Assembly (NCBI GenBank): GCA_046484585.1 | Contig: JAWOIQ010000210.1 | Span: forward strand, 12,238 to 76,237 | Direction of reading: 5' to 3' | Origin: Desulfurivibrionaceae bacterium | GTDB lineage: Bacteria; Desulfobacterota; Desulfobulbia; Desulfobulbales; JAGXFP01 | DNA: 64,000 nucleotides | Shown: one piece after another, positions 1 to 15,000 of the stretch | Position numbering within the stretch: position 1 is the first letter of the stretch | Layout: every line of letters begins with the position of its first letter | The notes under the pieces: model-generated | Told to the model about the DNA's origin: nothing | The model's database searches: none | Seen by the model: only the letters and a program-made list of their open reading frames with translations | Program-made: the position numbers and the translations under genes

Positions 1-3000
1 GTGGCCGATATTATGGATCCCTCAATGCCCATTGTAGCCAAACTCGATACCCTCGGGATTGCCAATAGATTGTTCCTGGAAGGTGGGACATTGTATGTGG
101 CCGATATGTCCGGCGATGGTTTTGTTTCGCAGCTCAATGTTATCGATGTCAGCGATCCCTATCAGCCTGTCCTGGAACGGACGGTTGAACTCAAACCGGC
201 CCGTAAGGACCTTGTGGCTGACGGGGTTTACGACGTGACTGTTGCAGGCGGCAAGGCTTACGCTACCGTCCATTATTCTGACCAGGAGGACAATCCTGCC
301 CAGGCCATTGTCGAAGTAATAGACCTTAACTCATTGGATGAGGCTTCCTGGGACAGCACTGTCCCAGCCGTTACGCATAGGCAGGCAGGGACGACTGATA
401 TCGGTGGACGCGGGCTGGTTGTCGCCCGTGGCGGACTGCAGGTGGCTGCTGCCAAGCAGGGCATTGTCCGGCTTGAACTTCCTGCGCTGTCTGTCTTGAG
501 TCATGCCCCGTATATGCAGGAGAACAATGTTTCCACATTGATGGATGCGATTACCGTTGAAATGTCCGGTGTTCTGCCGGCGGCGACAAATCTGGCTGAT
601 TATGTGGAGGTTTACGAACTCGATGCCGATCCGCGGTTCGGTCAGGCCGTAACCGACCTTTTTGATATTTCCTTTGGCGAACGCAACGGTGCGCCATCAT
701 ACCGGTTTATAGAGTTGCATCTTAAGGATGGCTCTGAGTTACTCGATAATACACAGTATTACGTCACTATCAAAGGCGGCCTAGCGCCAATGTCCGGTCT
801 GCCAATGCCGAGCGATTATACCTTCAGTTTCTACACGTCCGTCGCAGGCAGTGAGCCGGCTCCGGATATCTATAGTGTGGTTCCTGCTCATGGTTCCATT
901 GAGGGCAACACACCAATAGCCGTTTCCGGTGTTAATTTCGGAACGAACCCGACCCTTTATCTGGGAGGACAAAAGCTGGTTGTCGATGAGGTCATTCCTG
1001 CCGGCCAGTCAGGCGAGCCATTTGACCGGATCAAGGCCAGAACCGTTCCCAACTACGCTGGTCCTGCCGCCGTTCGCGTTGTTGCTGAAAGCGGTCTTGA
1101 CGATATCGTCATCGGCGCCTTTACCTATGTGGACATACTGCAGATTTCGTTTATCAACCCGGCCGTTGTCAGGGTGTCTCAGGCTGGTCAGGGTGATCGT
1201 GTTGAGGTGGTCGGATACGGGTTTAGCAATAGCGTTGTGATGCGCGCTTATCAGAGTGGCAAACCAGAAACAGCTGTGGAAATTCCTGTGGATGATGACA
1301 GACTGACACTCTACAGCGCGGAAAAAATGTTCTGGATTGTCCCGGACTTCGGTGAGTCATATCGAGGTTTTGTGGATGTTGATGTTCGTGATGGAGAGGG
1401 CAGAAGATACTATCTGCCCAACGCTCTCTTCTATGGCAAGCTGCAGGTTGACCGCCAGCTCGAGACCGATGTTTTTGATCCTGGAACAACTTTCATACCC
1501 GATCCATTGAAGTTGCCGCCCGGAAGTCTTGTCGATGTTGCCGTTGATACCGATATGGGCCTGATATATGTCCTTGGTCAGGGTGATGATAAGATGCGTG
1601 ACGGGCTAGGGGCGGCAAGTCAGGAAGAATTTCATCAAACCACTTCGCCGGGATGGCTCTCTCTGGTGCATTATGTGCGGGACGAGCTTGGTAATGCAGC
1701 GCCCATGCACGGTCTTGGCTACTACAATCTCTCCCAGGCGCTTGTCCCCCACGCAATGGTGCTAGCGAAAAAACATCTCTATGTTTCTGCCGGTGGTGCA
1801 CATGCAAATTATTTGACCGTTCCATATGAGGATAGGAACTGGATACTGGTATATGACCGGGAGGACAGGATGCCGGGCCAGGGCGGAATTGTGCAGCCCG
1901 AAGGGAAGGACCGGGACATACTCTACGCTCTCCCCCTCAATTTTGAACAGGCGCCTGTGGACCTTGCGGTCAAAGACAATTTGCTTTTTGCCGCAAGTCC
2001 CGTGGATGGTGTTGCCGTAATAAGTCTGGCGGAACCGACCAAACCGGCTGTCATCCGCGTCCTGCGCAAGGGTCGTGTTGACGGCCTTGAATATTCTTTG
2101 GATCCTGCCAAAATTGAAATAGTAGGTGAATTACTGCACGTTTCGGGAAGACATCGCTATGTCTTCGATATAGGCAAACCGTCAATGCCGCAGGTAGGGG
2201 AAAGCGGACTCGACAGCCTGGCAAGTCCCATGAAGGGACGGACAATGATTGCTCACAGCAACGGAAAGGCACTGGGATTTGGGTTGTTTGATGCCTCTGT
2301 TCCCCATCATATACGGCGGATTGGTCAATATCTGCCAAATGGGTTCTCCTTGCCGGGAACCACCCAAGAGGTTTTCAGCCAGGTAACTGTTGCGGGCAAC
2401 AGCAGTATCGCTGGATATTTTCCGCTTTTTGACACCAGCAGGCCGGATGAAATTTCTCTGCTTGATGCCGTCAAGCTGGACATGCATGAGGGGTTACGAA
2501 GTTCCCTGCTCACGGATGATGGTGTTCTTATCCTTGGCACTGAGAAGCATTTGAAGCTGATCGACACGATGATTCTCGATTTAGCCAAGTCGGAACCGGC
2601 TCATGGAGCTGCCGGGGTGCCGACGGATAGCTTGATTTCCTTGACTTTCAATCAGGAACTTGCCGTGCCGGAGAACATGATACTGGATGAGTTTATCCGT
2701 CCGTATCTAGACATGGTGCTTGTCGATGGCACGGAGACTGGGGCGCCTGTATCGTTTGATTTGCTGAATGACGATCAAAACCCGAGACGAATTTTGTTGG
2801 ATACCAATTCGCTTCTCGAACCAAATGCCGCCTACAAAATAATCATGACCGGTAAATTGGGGAGCCGAAGGACTCAGGGGCTGTTCGACCATGTGATTGA
2901 ATTCAAAACAGGTTTTGATGCTGCTCCGCTGCCGGAAATTGAGTCCGTTAAGCCATCTATAGTAGAAACCTCCGGGGCTGAGTTGACCGTGGTTGTGAAA

Positions 3001-6000
3001 AATGCGGTTGATCCTGTCTTCCTGATTGGCGGGAATGTAGCCCCGATTTCCGGTTTGATAGATCCTGAAGTTATGGGCGGAGGGTTGACTAAATATGTTA
3101 TTGAAGCGCCGGCCAATGTCGCTGGTCCGGCCGATCTTCTGGTAAACAACCAAAGCGGTGGTGCCGACAGTCTGTTTGGCGCTGTACAGTATGTCGAACC
3201 ACTGTCGCTTGTTTCGATAAATCCGGCGCAAGGGTCTGTCAATGGTGGAACAGAGACGATTATCAAGGGCCTGGGATTCCGCCCCGGCTTAGCCCGAGTA
3301 AAGGTCTATTTTGGTGGTATTCCGGTTTCTGAGCAAGATATCAAAGTTTTGGACGGTGAAACGCTTGAGGTCAAAACGCCGGCAGGAAGGCTTGGTCTTG
3401 CTGATGTCACGGTTACTCTTGATTCAGGCCAATCCGAAACTATGCCTGCAGCTTTTGAATATCAGCAACCGGCCCAAGCGAACATTGAAAGTCGCATGAT
3501 TTATGACGCGACTCTCGATCCTACCGGGGTTTTCCTTATTACGGCCGAAAGCGGTGGTGTCGGTATCTATAACGTTGATGCCTCAACTTTTACGGCAAAT
3601 GCCGAGCACCCTCTGAATCCCGATGATCTCCGGGAAAAAATAGATTTGAATGGCGACGGTAAGGATGATCGGTTGTTGTCTTTTGTCCCACTGGGTGAAA
3701 CAGCTTTGGGTGTTGACACCTATTTTGAACGTGGTGTGGACAGAGTGCTGGCAACGGGTGCCGGTGGCAATCTATATGTAATAGGTTTTGACTCGTTTGA
3801 TGTCGCCAATTCAACGATTATTTCAACTCTGCCGCTATTTTCCAGCCTGGCTCGCGGTATTGAGGCGGAGAACAACAGGGCGGTTATCGCCATGGGTGAT
3901 CGTGGTATCGGTCTGGTTGATATTTATCTGGCAACCAAGACGTACCTGACCAGTCATTTTACATTGCCGGACCAGCATTCGGCCCTTGATGTGACAAGAG
4001 TGGCGCGGCCTGCCGGACTTCCCGATTTGTACGCGGTAGTGTCCGGCAGTTTCTCGGTGAAGGAAAATAAACTTATTAACGAGAATGATCCCGGGAGCGG
4101 CGCCTTTTATTTGATCGAACAAAATGTGGGCCAAGGTTTCCAGGTTGTGGGCACGGTGAAAATCCCTGCCAGCCGCGTGGTTGTTGTTGGGGACAAGGCT
4201 TATCTCGCCGCCGGCAACAACGGTTTGGTTATTGTAGATATATCTGATCCCGGGAATCCGGTGATAATTTCCAGGGTTAACGATATAGGTTTTGTTTTTG
4301 ACGTGGATGTCAACGGTAATACCGCCTATCTTGCCCTTGGCGATAAAGGTCTGGCCACCGTTGATGTAACGGATCCTTATCTGCCTCAAGTCACCCAGGG
4401 CATGGAAGTTATGGCTGGGAATTCCATTCATACTGTTCTAGCCGATGATTATTCGGCTATTGCCGGTGGAGATTCCGCAATTCAGTTAACTGCTGACGTC
4501 GTGCTCAAGATTTTCAGCATCGACCCCCGGAATTACATTCTTGATTATGACGCTGAAGGCAAGTTGGTTGTCAGGCTTCGTTTCAATAAAGACATTGATC
4601 TCTGGCCTGAAAACCTGAATCATTTCCGGATACTCGGTCCTGATGATGATCCCGTGGCAACCGAAGTCGATATCATCAATAATGATGCCATCATAAACAT
4701 TCTGCCGGGTCATGGTCTGGCTGTCGGAGATAACTTGACCGTCCTTGCCAGGGCCGGAGTGAAAGTGATCAAGCCGCTGACGAATGACGTACATATTGAA
4801 CTGTATTCATTGCGGCAAGACCAGAAATTCCAGCTTATCTTCCGTGGCGGTAGACCGGATATTCTGAAACTTGATTCCGTTGTGCCGCGAAGAATTTCTG
4901 CCGGCAAAAGTAAAGAAATAAAGGTTTCCGGTCTGGGTATTCCTTTGGATCCAGCTCGGGTGAAGGTCTATGTGAGTAATATCGCAGCGGATATTCTCAA
5001 GATTGAGTCCAACGATGCTGAAGAACGGGCTGCCATTATTACGGCCAACGTCCCGCCTATAGAGGTGGCCGGACAGTTTGACGTTACCGTCCTGCTGGAG
5101 AAAGACGGAATATGGGAAAGCCTCACCCTTTATGGCGGCTTGATGGTTGATGAGCCGATCGAATTTGAGACTCTGACTCCAAGCTGGGGGCCATGGAATG
5201 GCGGCACCACCGTTTCGATATACGGTAAAGGATTCGAGCCCGGCAACACTGTCATGGAGGGGCTCAAGATACTGATTGGCGATGTGCCGGTCAGGGCCAT
5301 TCGGGTTTTCTCCTCGGAACACCTGCAAATTGTTTCGCCGGGCGGCAGAGTGGGTCGCAATGATGTACATGGCGAAGATCGCTACGGAAATCGAACTGCC
5401 CTGCTCGGTGATGACGGTTTCGGTTATGGTCTCAAGCGACTTGCCTCGCAAAGTGTTGGTTTCGCTCCCACGGATATTTTTGTCGATCAGGAAACAGGCG
5501 TAGCAATAACCAACGGCGGTTATTTTTTTGAAAACCGTTCTGAACAGTATTTCGAGGGTGTGCCGCTGCCCGATTCCATTCGTGCGGCAACATTCGATAT
5601 CCAGAATCCGACCCAGCCGTTACTTGTCGGGGGAGTTTCAACATTGCCGAGCGGTGATAAGGGCAGGGAGCAGATCAGTCGTTTTCTGGAATACCAGAGC
5701 CTGGCCGCGAAAATGCTTTTAGGTGAATTGGGGCTGTCTAATGAGGCCATGTCGCCTGAAGAGCAGGCCCGGCTGGGTCAACTCGATAACCATGTTCTTG
5801 CCACAGGCTATGATTCTATCAGGGTGAGACCGGTCAAAGAGTTTGAAGATGGCATACCGCGTAAACGACTTTATGTTGCAAGCGGCAGCGGCGGTGTTTC
5901 CCGTTTGAATCTGGATGAGCAGAACGGCCTTCAGGTTATCTCCCAGATTCTTGATGAGTCCGAAGGAATGCATGTCGGAGATATTAATAAGCAGGGCTAT

Positions 6001-9000
6001 GTCGCTTTTGCCGCACGGGCAGGGGTTGCACCAGACTGCGAGATTCCTGAAGAACCATGTAGTTATTGTACCGATGGGATTTTTGGGGGTCGGATTGAAC
6101 AGGCAAACTACATGGTCGAGGATGATCCTGTTTATATCGGTCCCCTCCAAGATGGATATGGCGATGGAATCAAAGGCGGTAATGTAGTTATAACCGACGG
6201 AGACTGGCTTTTTGCCGGCGGTCGGCAAAGTGGCCTACTATGGAACCCCTGCTCAGGCAGCCGGATGATAAGTGGGCGGCAGCCTGTCGATACCGCTCCC
6301 GGTGCGTCCACGGAAGAACCTCAAGGTGATACGGTTTATACAGTAAACCTTTATGATAATGTTCTTACCTATCAATACCAATTCGACAACAATGTTCGCG
6401 ATCTGGTTAGTTACGGTGATTATTTGATCGCCGCGCTTGGAAGTGACGGCATTGAGATATTCCCTAAAGAACGCCCCGAAGAAAGAGTGCGGGTTGAGTT
6501 TGACTCGAACCTTCAAAGTAATGCCGGCAGTGGCGTTCGGCTCCGGCAAATGGGTAATCTCATTTTTGCTTCCGCGGATGGCGGCGGACTTATCGTAATT
6601 GATATTGCCGAGCCGATGCAGCCCTATATTGTATCCGCCGGCAACAATGAGATCATGCAAGCCGCTGATTATTTCAAAGGCAGGCTGTTAACTGTCTCAA
6701 ACGGCTCAGGTCTTTCGGTTTTCGACTTACCGGGCTCCTTCGTCGTAGAAAGTTCGATCCCAGAGGGAGAATACATAGCGGATAATGAAGATTACATAGT
6801 TACCTTTAACGAATATGTCACCATCGCTTCCGTCACTGAACCCGGCAATGTAATTGTTACCCGAGTTGATACGGGTGAAACAATTCCTGTATCAATATCC
6901 GCTAACGAGCCCATTGAGGAATCTTCTTTAGAGTACGCGGTTTCTTTTTCTCGTGAAGAGGGTGTTGAATACGCGATACGAATTGAAGATGCCAGGAACT
7001 TGCGCAGCACCAATTTGTGGAGACCTTTTGTCGGGCATGTTGAGGCGGCTGCGGCCGGAAGTGTTCGGCCAGTTATTACGTCGGTTGAGGGCGGAATTTT
7101 TCATCAGGGAGATAATCAGGAAATTATTATAAGAGGCAGCGGTTTTGTCAATTCCGCGGAGATTAAGGTTTATGTAGACCACTATGAAATGACACCGGAA
7201 TGGATAGACGAAAATACTCTACGCCTACCCGCGGGAAGTGTCGAATTGCTCAATCTGCCGCTTGGACAGCATCACTTAAGAGTGATTGACGGAGAACTTG
7301 GAGCAAGATACGCCGGCGCGATAATTATTGGCGCCGAACTTGATCTGGTTGATTTTGCGATTACTCCCGAATCCGGTCCAATGGAGGGGGGATTGAATGT
7401 AAAGATTAGCGCCAGTAATTCGGCTATTTTGCCGGGGGCCAAGGTGATTCTCCGTTCGTTGCGAGGCCATGAGATAAGGACCCTGGAAATAGATGAAGGC
7501 GTTTTTGTTTCTGATCTTAAAGATGATGTTATTGATTTACAAACTTTCCGTTTCGTGCTGCCCGGGGTTGTTGCGCCCGATCTTTATGATGTTTTCCTGG
7601 AAATGGCGGGTAAAGAGATACATGCGGGACGGTTTTCTTATCTTATGCCGGCGGGCAGAGGGATTGATCTACCCAATTATCCTCCCATGGTAATCGGTGC
7701 TGCCGAAACCGTTGGCGATAAGCTTTTTGTAGGTGTCAAAGCCGGTCGAGACCCCAGTAAGGACAACCGATTCCTTATGAGAAGCGGAATCGAGATCTAT
7801 GATATCGCAATTTGGGATCGACCAATCCGGTTGTCCCAGGTGCGAACGGATCAACCTGTTACCGGTTTGGTCACATACGGCAACATCGCCTATCTTGCCG
7901 CTGGCAGTGATGGACTTGTTTTGGTTGATATAAGTGATATTGGGCGGCCTCATATTTTAGGTAATATGGGGATACCCGGCCACACTGCGACCGATGTTGA
8001 CTTGAATAGAAAAAAAGCTGTTTTGGCAATGTCGGTAGCAGATCCAATGGGTGGAGGCATTATCCGCTTTTATGATGTGAATGATCCTGAACTGGACCAG
8101 CCTCTCGGGTATTCAACTATTGTTTTTGCAGGCGATGAGTTATCCGGGCAGCCCGTGGATATCCAATGGTGGAATGATTCCCTGTATGTACTATTGAATC
8201 GGGAAGGTTCACTGCATCTCGTTGTTTTTGAAGATCCGACCGATGCAAACGTATATACGATTCAGGAGATAGAGCGCGGAGGGTTGTCCGGAGGTCTGAC
8301 GGATGCTTCTCTTGCCGTGCAAAACGGGCAAATAGCTATTGCCACCGGTGATGAATACCTTATTCTTCAGCCCAATGAGCTTGGGCAATACCAGACGGTA
8401 TATTGGCAATCAACCGGAGGAAGTGGCGCCAGCGAGCTTATTCCCAATCAGGGGGCAATTTTTATCGGAACCGGTCAGGGTCTGACGGATACCCCGACGC
8501 CTGATTTGGCTATAACGTCGATCGTGCCCGCATCCGGCAGCGTCATTACCTATGGCGAAACTATCCGCATCCAGCTGAATCAGCTGATAAACACCGATGA
8601 CGCGATATTGCAAAGCGCTATCAAGTTGTTTGACAGTGGCGGCGGGCTCCTCCCTGCTGAGAGTTTTGTTGTAACAGGCGCTAATACCTTGACAGGCGCG
8701 TATGTTGACATCTCTTTTAACGAAAATATTACCTATACCGGGGAGATTGAATTAAGAATTTCGACTGAACTGACCTCGTTAAACGGCCACCATCTGCTAT
8801 CATCTGCTGCAATTAAATATGAGTTGGTCTCTGGTGTGCGTCCTGAAATTGCATCCGTATATCGTTTGGCTGATGGTAAACCGATCGGTCATTATTTCCA
8901 TGGCGATGGCACTGAAACAGCCGAAATAGTTGGCGGCAACTTCGGTGCGGATATCGGGGCTCTTAAAATTATGATCGGGGACACGGTTGTACCCCAGACA

Positions 9001-12000
9001 AATATCATTGAACTTGCCGAAGGAAGAATCAAACTTAAAGTTCCAGAACTTTTAGTAAGCCTTGATACTGCTGCAATGGCTGTCAGCATCAGTCGCGACG
9101 GGGTCACCGCAATACTCAACGGTGGCGTTGTTGTTCAGCCGTTCGTGGTTCTTCAGGAAGTTGATCCGGATCGTGGCCCGCCTGAAGGTGGAAATACAGT
9201 CACCTTGTACGGCGTAGGGTTTAACAACGATGTTGTAGTCAAATTCGGCGGCGAGATAGCCGGCGATCTCCGGCTGTTGAACAGCAGCAAATTAACGGTG
9301 CGTGCTCCAGCCGGAAGTTTTGGATTTGCAAACGTGTCGATACAGAGCAAGCTTTTCCCGGACGAGGAAAGTGTTCTGGCCTCAAGTTATTTTTATGCCA
9401 ACAAAGCAACCGGTACGGTTGATCTTTCACAGGATAATCATAGTTCAAGCCCGGTAACAGGCATAATAGTTAAAGACCAGATCCTCTATGCAGTTACGGG
9501 AGGACATTACCAGCCCATGGATCGAGAGGGCAGGATGCTTGACAACCTTACCACTCCTCTAGCTCAACTCGTTCTGTCTGATATTTCCGATCCGGTTCAC
9601 CCGGAGCTTATCAAAAAAGAAATTGCCGGTTCGACATGGCCTTACCATTTCAATGGCACCTTGCCACCCGATGGATTTCGCGACATCGCTCTCGACGGAG
9701 AAAATCTCTTCTTGCTAGGCGGGGATCGATTATACCATTTCGATGTTACTCTTGCTGCTGATCCCATACAGCTAAACAATATACAGTTGCCTGATACCGC
9801 CAATCATCTGGCGGTTAAAGATGACATTATATATGTGTCAAGTTTGCATCGGGTCAGCATTTTCCGAGTCATGCCGGATAGGAATCTGATGGAGCTGGCA
9901 ACTCTGTCGGAGGACGAGTTGGGTGGTATGCCTGACGAACTGGTCCTCGTTGGTGACTCGTTGTGGATTTCCTTGCCGTCGGAAGCGAAGCTTATAACTG
10001 TTGAATTGATGAGCGGTCTTTATGAGATTACCAACGAAGTCAATCTTATCGACCGCGGAGAGCATAGAATAAAGCCGGCTTCCTTCCTTGTTCGAGACGA
10101 TCTCTTGCTCGTTTCTACCGGTGAGATGGGCACCGTCGTCGCTTATGCTGTCAGGGATAATAATGAGACTTATCCTGTTGGTCAATTGCAGCTCTCTTAT
10201 CTCATGTCAGCCGGAGACATCCATGCCGGTGGGATGATGTTGTATGGGCAGACATTGTATGTCGCTGCAGGGCAGGGGGATTTACAACTTTTTGACGTTG
10301 GCAGTTGGTTGGATAATAGTTTCCATGAAAATATCCGGCTAAAAAATTATTTCGCGGTCACAGGCGCTGTTGATGCCATTGCTTTTGGTCGAGGAGCCCT
10401 TTACGCGGGAACAGCCTATGTCTATGTCGAAGGGGAACCCGCCGAGAACCCCCTGGAAGTAGGAGTTAATCCTGGCCCGCTCGGTGGAGGGTTAAATACC
10501 ATAGCCAATACCCAGCTCACTGTTGTCGAGCAAGTTCCCGAACCACGAGGCTTTTTGTGGTCCGAACAAGCGGTTGAGATTCAGTTTAACAGGATCCTCG
10601 ATCCCGATCAGCTGTTTGAGTTCGGCGAAAGTCTTTTTACCGTATCCTTGATGGGAGAATTTGTAGAGGGCATAGTTTCGAGCCAGGTAAACAATATAGG
10701 GACGCGGCTCTTTTTTCGTCCTATCTTCCCGTTTGAACATGATAAGGAGTATCGCGTCAGGGTTTCCACGGTCCTGCAGGATCTCCATGGGCAATCACTG
10801 GACAGGGATTACAGTTTCCGTTTCGTAGCAAATGACTTTAAGCAACCGGTCATAAACGATCTGATCCCGGCCTACGGAAGTTGGCGGGGCGGAGAAGAAG
10901 TTGTTATTACAGGCGAAAATTTTGGTGAGGATTCGGTTATTGAGATCGGCGGTGTTTGGGTGCCGGATGAAAATATTTTGCGTTGGAATGAAACGGAGCT
11001 GGCATTTATCCTGCCCTCACTATCGGAAGAGTTACAAGAAAATCGTCTGGTCGGAATAGCCGTATCTAACAATTCCAGAAGGGCATTTGAAGCGGCCCGG
11101 TTTACCTATGTGGCGGATCCTGCCATTGAAGAAATAGGTCAATTCAATCCTTTGACCGGTAAACTGGCAAGTGGCGACCGCCGGTTGCTTTTCAACGCCG
11201 GAGAGTATATCGCTGTGCGGGGGGGCGGTTTAGGACCCTTGACCCAATTTTCCGCTAACGACAAACCCGTTCAAGAAGTTACAATTGTTGACTCGCGCAC
11301 CGTAAGCTTTCGGGCTCCTTTCGATACCCTTGGTAAGTTGACCATAGTGGCTACTAACCGCCCTGGAACTCCTGCTGGTCCTGATGTGGCTGTTAATAGC
11401 GACATGGAAATCGAGCTAGAATCGTTTCTTCAGCACAGGTCCGAAGTGGAAAACGGGAGTTTGTTGTATGACAGAACAGGTAGCTTGTTATTTGTCGGGG
11501 ATAACCAAAAAGCGCAGCTCTTTTCCACCCATGACGGTCTTTCCCCGTTATTGCTTTCGGAAATTCACCTTGGCGGTAAAATTAACAGCCTGGCCGTCTC
11601 CGAAAACTATCTGATCCTCTCGGTTGGAAGTTCCCAGGAACTTGCTGTTTATGAGATCACCAATGTTTATAGTCCAAAACTGATAAATACAATTGTCAAC
11701 CCCACCGGGGTTAAGCATTCTCGCCTCGACTTAGTCGGCAACATTTTCCTTTCAAGCGATAACAACACAATTAAAACAGGGTCGGTATATGGTGCTGACT
11801 GGCAGGAGTTGGATGAGTCTTTCAACGACTATGCCGTTGATGACCAATATCTCTATCTTCTGAAGGATTATACGGTTGAAGCAAGATCTCTTAACAGTTT
11901 GCAGACGGTTGCCGCCAGTTATACGCATAAGCTGACATTTGCCCAGCGGATAAAGGTGTCGCCACAGCGTATGGCGATTTGGGATTCGGAGCGATTGGAG

Positions 12001-15000
12001 CTGGCTCTGCTGGGTAATATTGCTTCGACAGGCCAGTTCAGGAGTTTGGGCGTTATTAATAAGTCTGGTTTGCTCGAAGCCGCAACCGCCGGCGACCTGC
12101 TGGCCCTTGTCGCCCCGGAAAATGGGGTGCCCCGATTGGCCGTGTATGATGTCGACCTCCCTCAAGATAATGATGACAATCTAAAACTTAACCGGATTAG
12201 CGCGATTGCGAGTAGCAGCAGTTTTATCGGCGTTAATAATGTTCGCTTTTCAGGGGACATGGTTGAATGGACAAATGGCGCATACCATAATGCGCATATT
12301 CCTCTGCGGAACACCTTATTCCTTAAACCGGAAAGACGAATTGCCGGCGAGAATGATTTGATCGCCCTCCAGGTCGGCGGAGGTCTCCTCGGCTGGGAAG
12401 ATGTGTCTCTGGATGTTCGCGATTCAGCCGATCATCTATTGGCCGGGGATACTAAACTGGTCGGACGAGATCTGAATTTCCGGGTGATTGGCGATCGTTA
12501 TCTTACCGGCGAGCCCTATGAGGTTTCATTGTTTAATCCACCCCGGCCGCTCATCAATGGCGGTGCGGTAAACGTTGACCTTCCCTGGATAGTGCAAGGG
12601 GCGGAAATTTTTGGATTAACCCCCTTTGAGATAAGGCGATTAGAGCCGGCAACAGTTTTAACCGATCGGGATATTCAGTTCACGGTCAGGGGCACTCAGC
12701 TTGATCAGGCCCAATTTGTTCGACTTAATGATCTGGATATTTCCGACTGGACGGTCAGTGACGGCGGCACCGAACTGTATTTTACGGAAAAGATATCAGC
12801 TGAAGGGTTTTACAGCCTTACGGTCGGGCAAAATGGTCAGTTAGCCTCACTGCCCGTGGCATTGGTAGCGACCGAAGGTCTCGGAATCGACTCTGTTACA
12901 ACAAACAATGCCCGTGGTTCAGATTTTGTCAGTGATTCCGGCGGCACGTCAATAACACTTACCGGCAGGGGATTCCAAGGAAAGATTCGTGTCCATTGGT
13001 TTGAAGCCGAGAATGGTTTTATTCCCAACGATTCCAATGAAATCCAATCGATACAATATGGTGACGGGACTATCAGGTTCAACGCGCCTCGAACAACTGA
13101 TGGCAAGAGATACCGGATTGTTGTTCAAAAAGCGGAAACCGATGAGGAGGTATATGTCGATACTTTGTTGACCGGCGTAGATGATACCAGTCCGAAGTTG
13201 CAGGCGAAACCTCAGATGTTGAATTATACCAACCCGCTTCGTTTAACTTTCAGTGAAGGGGTTTCGGCCGGTGGTTTCAAGGTGGTCAGTAAATATGAAG
13301 ACTATAGCGGCAGTCCCGAGCAGGATGTTTCCAGCCTGTTCGAATTGGAGGTCACCGGCAATATCATAACTTTGCGCCTCAAATTAGGGGTTTCTCTCGA
13401 GCATAACAGGATTTATGAGATCAGCATCAATGATATCCGGGATCTGCATGGCAATATTACAGCAGATTCAATCCTATACCTTTTGAGTAATGGCAACTAC
13501 CAAAATACCTTTAGATCTGAAGATACACTGGCGCCGCGCAACATCACCATGGCGCGCGTAAATGACGGCGCGCCTGTTACCGCGGCAATGTTATTGACCA
13601 AGGGGAGGGAATACGGCTTTAAGGTCAGTGCAATTGACAACAGGGGGGCGGTTAGCTATGAAGCCCGGGTCTCCACGGACGGCGGCATTAGTTTCGGTCC
13701 ACCGCAAAGTTTGGCAGGTGGTCTGCTCTCGCTGCCTATTTATGAAGCAAATACAGCTATTGCTTTTAAAGTAAAGGCAATTGATGAAAGCCAGAATTCA
13801 TTTGAACAACGCTTTGATGCGGCTGTACGTGCTCCTGAAATTAATTTTAGCGCCTTTTACAATGTCCCCGCCGAAGTCGAGGAAATGACCCGGGCCGATA
13901 TCTGTGTTGATTTGTCCGGCGATACGGACCTGCTCATTTCGGCCGAAATGCAGGTTTTCGATAAAACTTACGATACCGAACTGGTTCATCGCGGGGTTGA
14001 CGGCGCCAAGGCGTGCATGTCTTACCTCAACCCCAGAATCAAGGATATCGAGGCGAATTACGGCAACCAGGTGCCGGTGCGGGTCCGGGTCATGTATAAG
14101 TTTACCGGTAAGAAATATACCGATTACTCCTATACCCTCTACCTGGACAAAACCCCGCCTGATGTGGCTATCGTTTCACCGCCGGATGGATCAATCATAC
14201 CCCTGAATGAAAAAACTAATGTTCTGATTAAGTCTTTTGACCGGTATGGGATAGAAAAAGTTGAAGTGGCGGTCAATGACGGCGACTGGCAGGAATTAGC
14301 AGATCCCAATCTGTTCGAATTGACCGCTACGGATCTTGATCCGGTGACAATCAAGGTCCGGGCTTTCGATCCTAACGGCAATAGCAGTATAGATTCAACC
14401 GTAAGTCCAACTTCAATTACCGTCCGACCTACTGATAAGAATGAGGGAGAACCCGGGTTAAAACTAATTGCCCCCGGGGACGGATCCAAGTTCCATGAGG
14501 GAGAGAAAATCACGCTGGAAGTTGTCATGCGCGATCTTCCCTCTGCCGAACTCTTCATGGATATCGGCGGCGATGAGAATAATTCGGCCAATCCGGATCC
14601 AATTACCATTGTTCGGGATGAGACCGGTCTCGAGCGATTCTCCTATGAAGTTACATTGCCTCGGGTGGAAGAAAATATCGTCGTGGTCCTGCGTCTGCAA
14701 GCAGGAAGCCTCTTCGCACGCCGCTTTATCAATATTCTCCAGGATTCAGGCATCGAAGAAGAGTTGAATATGACGGTTCTGCCGCCCAAGACCGTTCTGA
14801 CCGGCACGCAGCTTTGGGTGCAGGCGGGATCTCCTCCTTTAATGACCGATTTCTCGGATGATTCCGAAGTTGAAGTTGAAGATCCGGCGCCAAACGGCGA
14901 CATAACACGGATCACAATAGATGCCGGTCCTCAAATGGTTGGGATGAATGATGCCGGTGATGTCAGTCAGCTACATGGTGTCCTGCGCGACCGTTCCGGT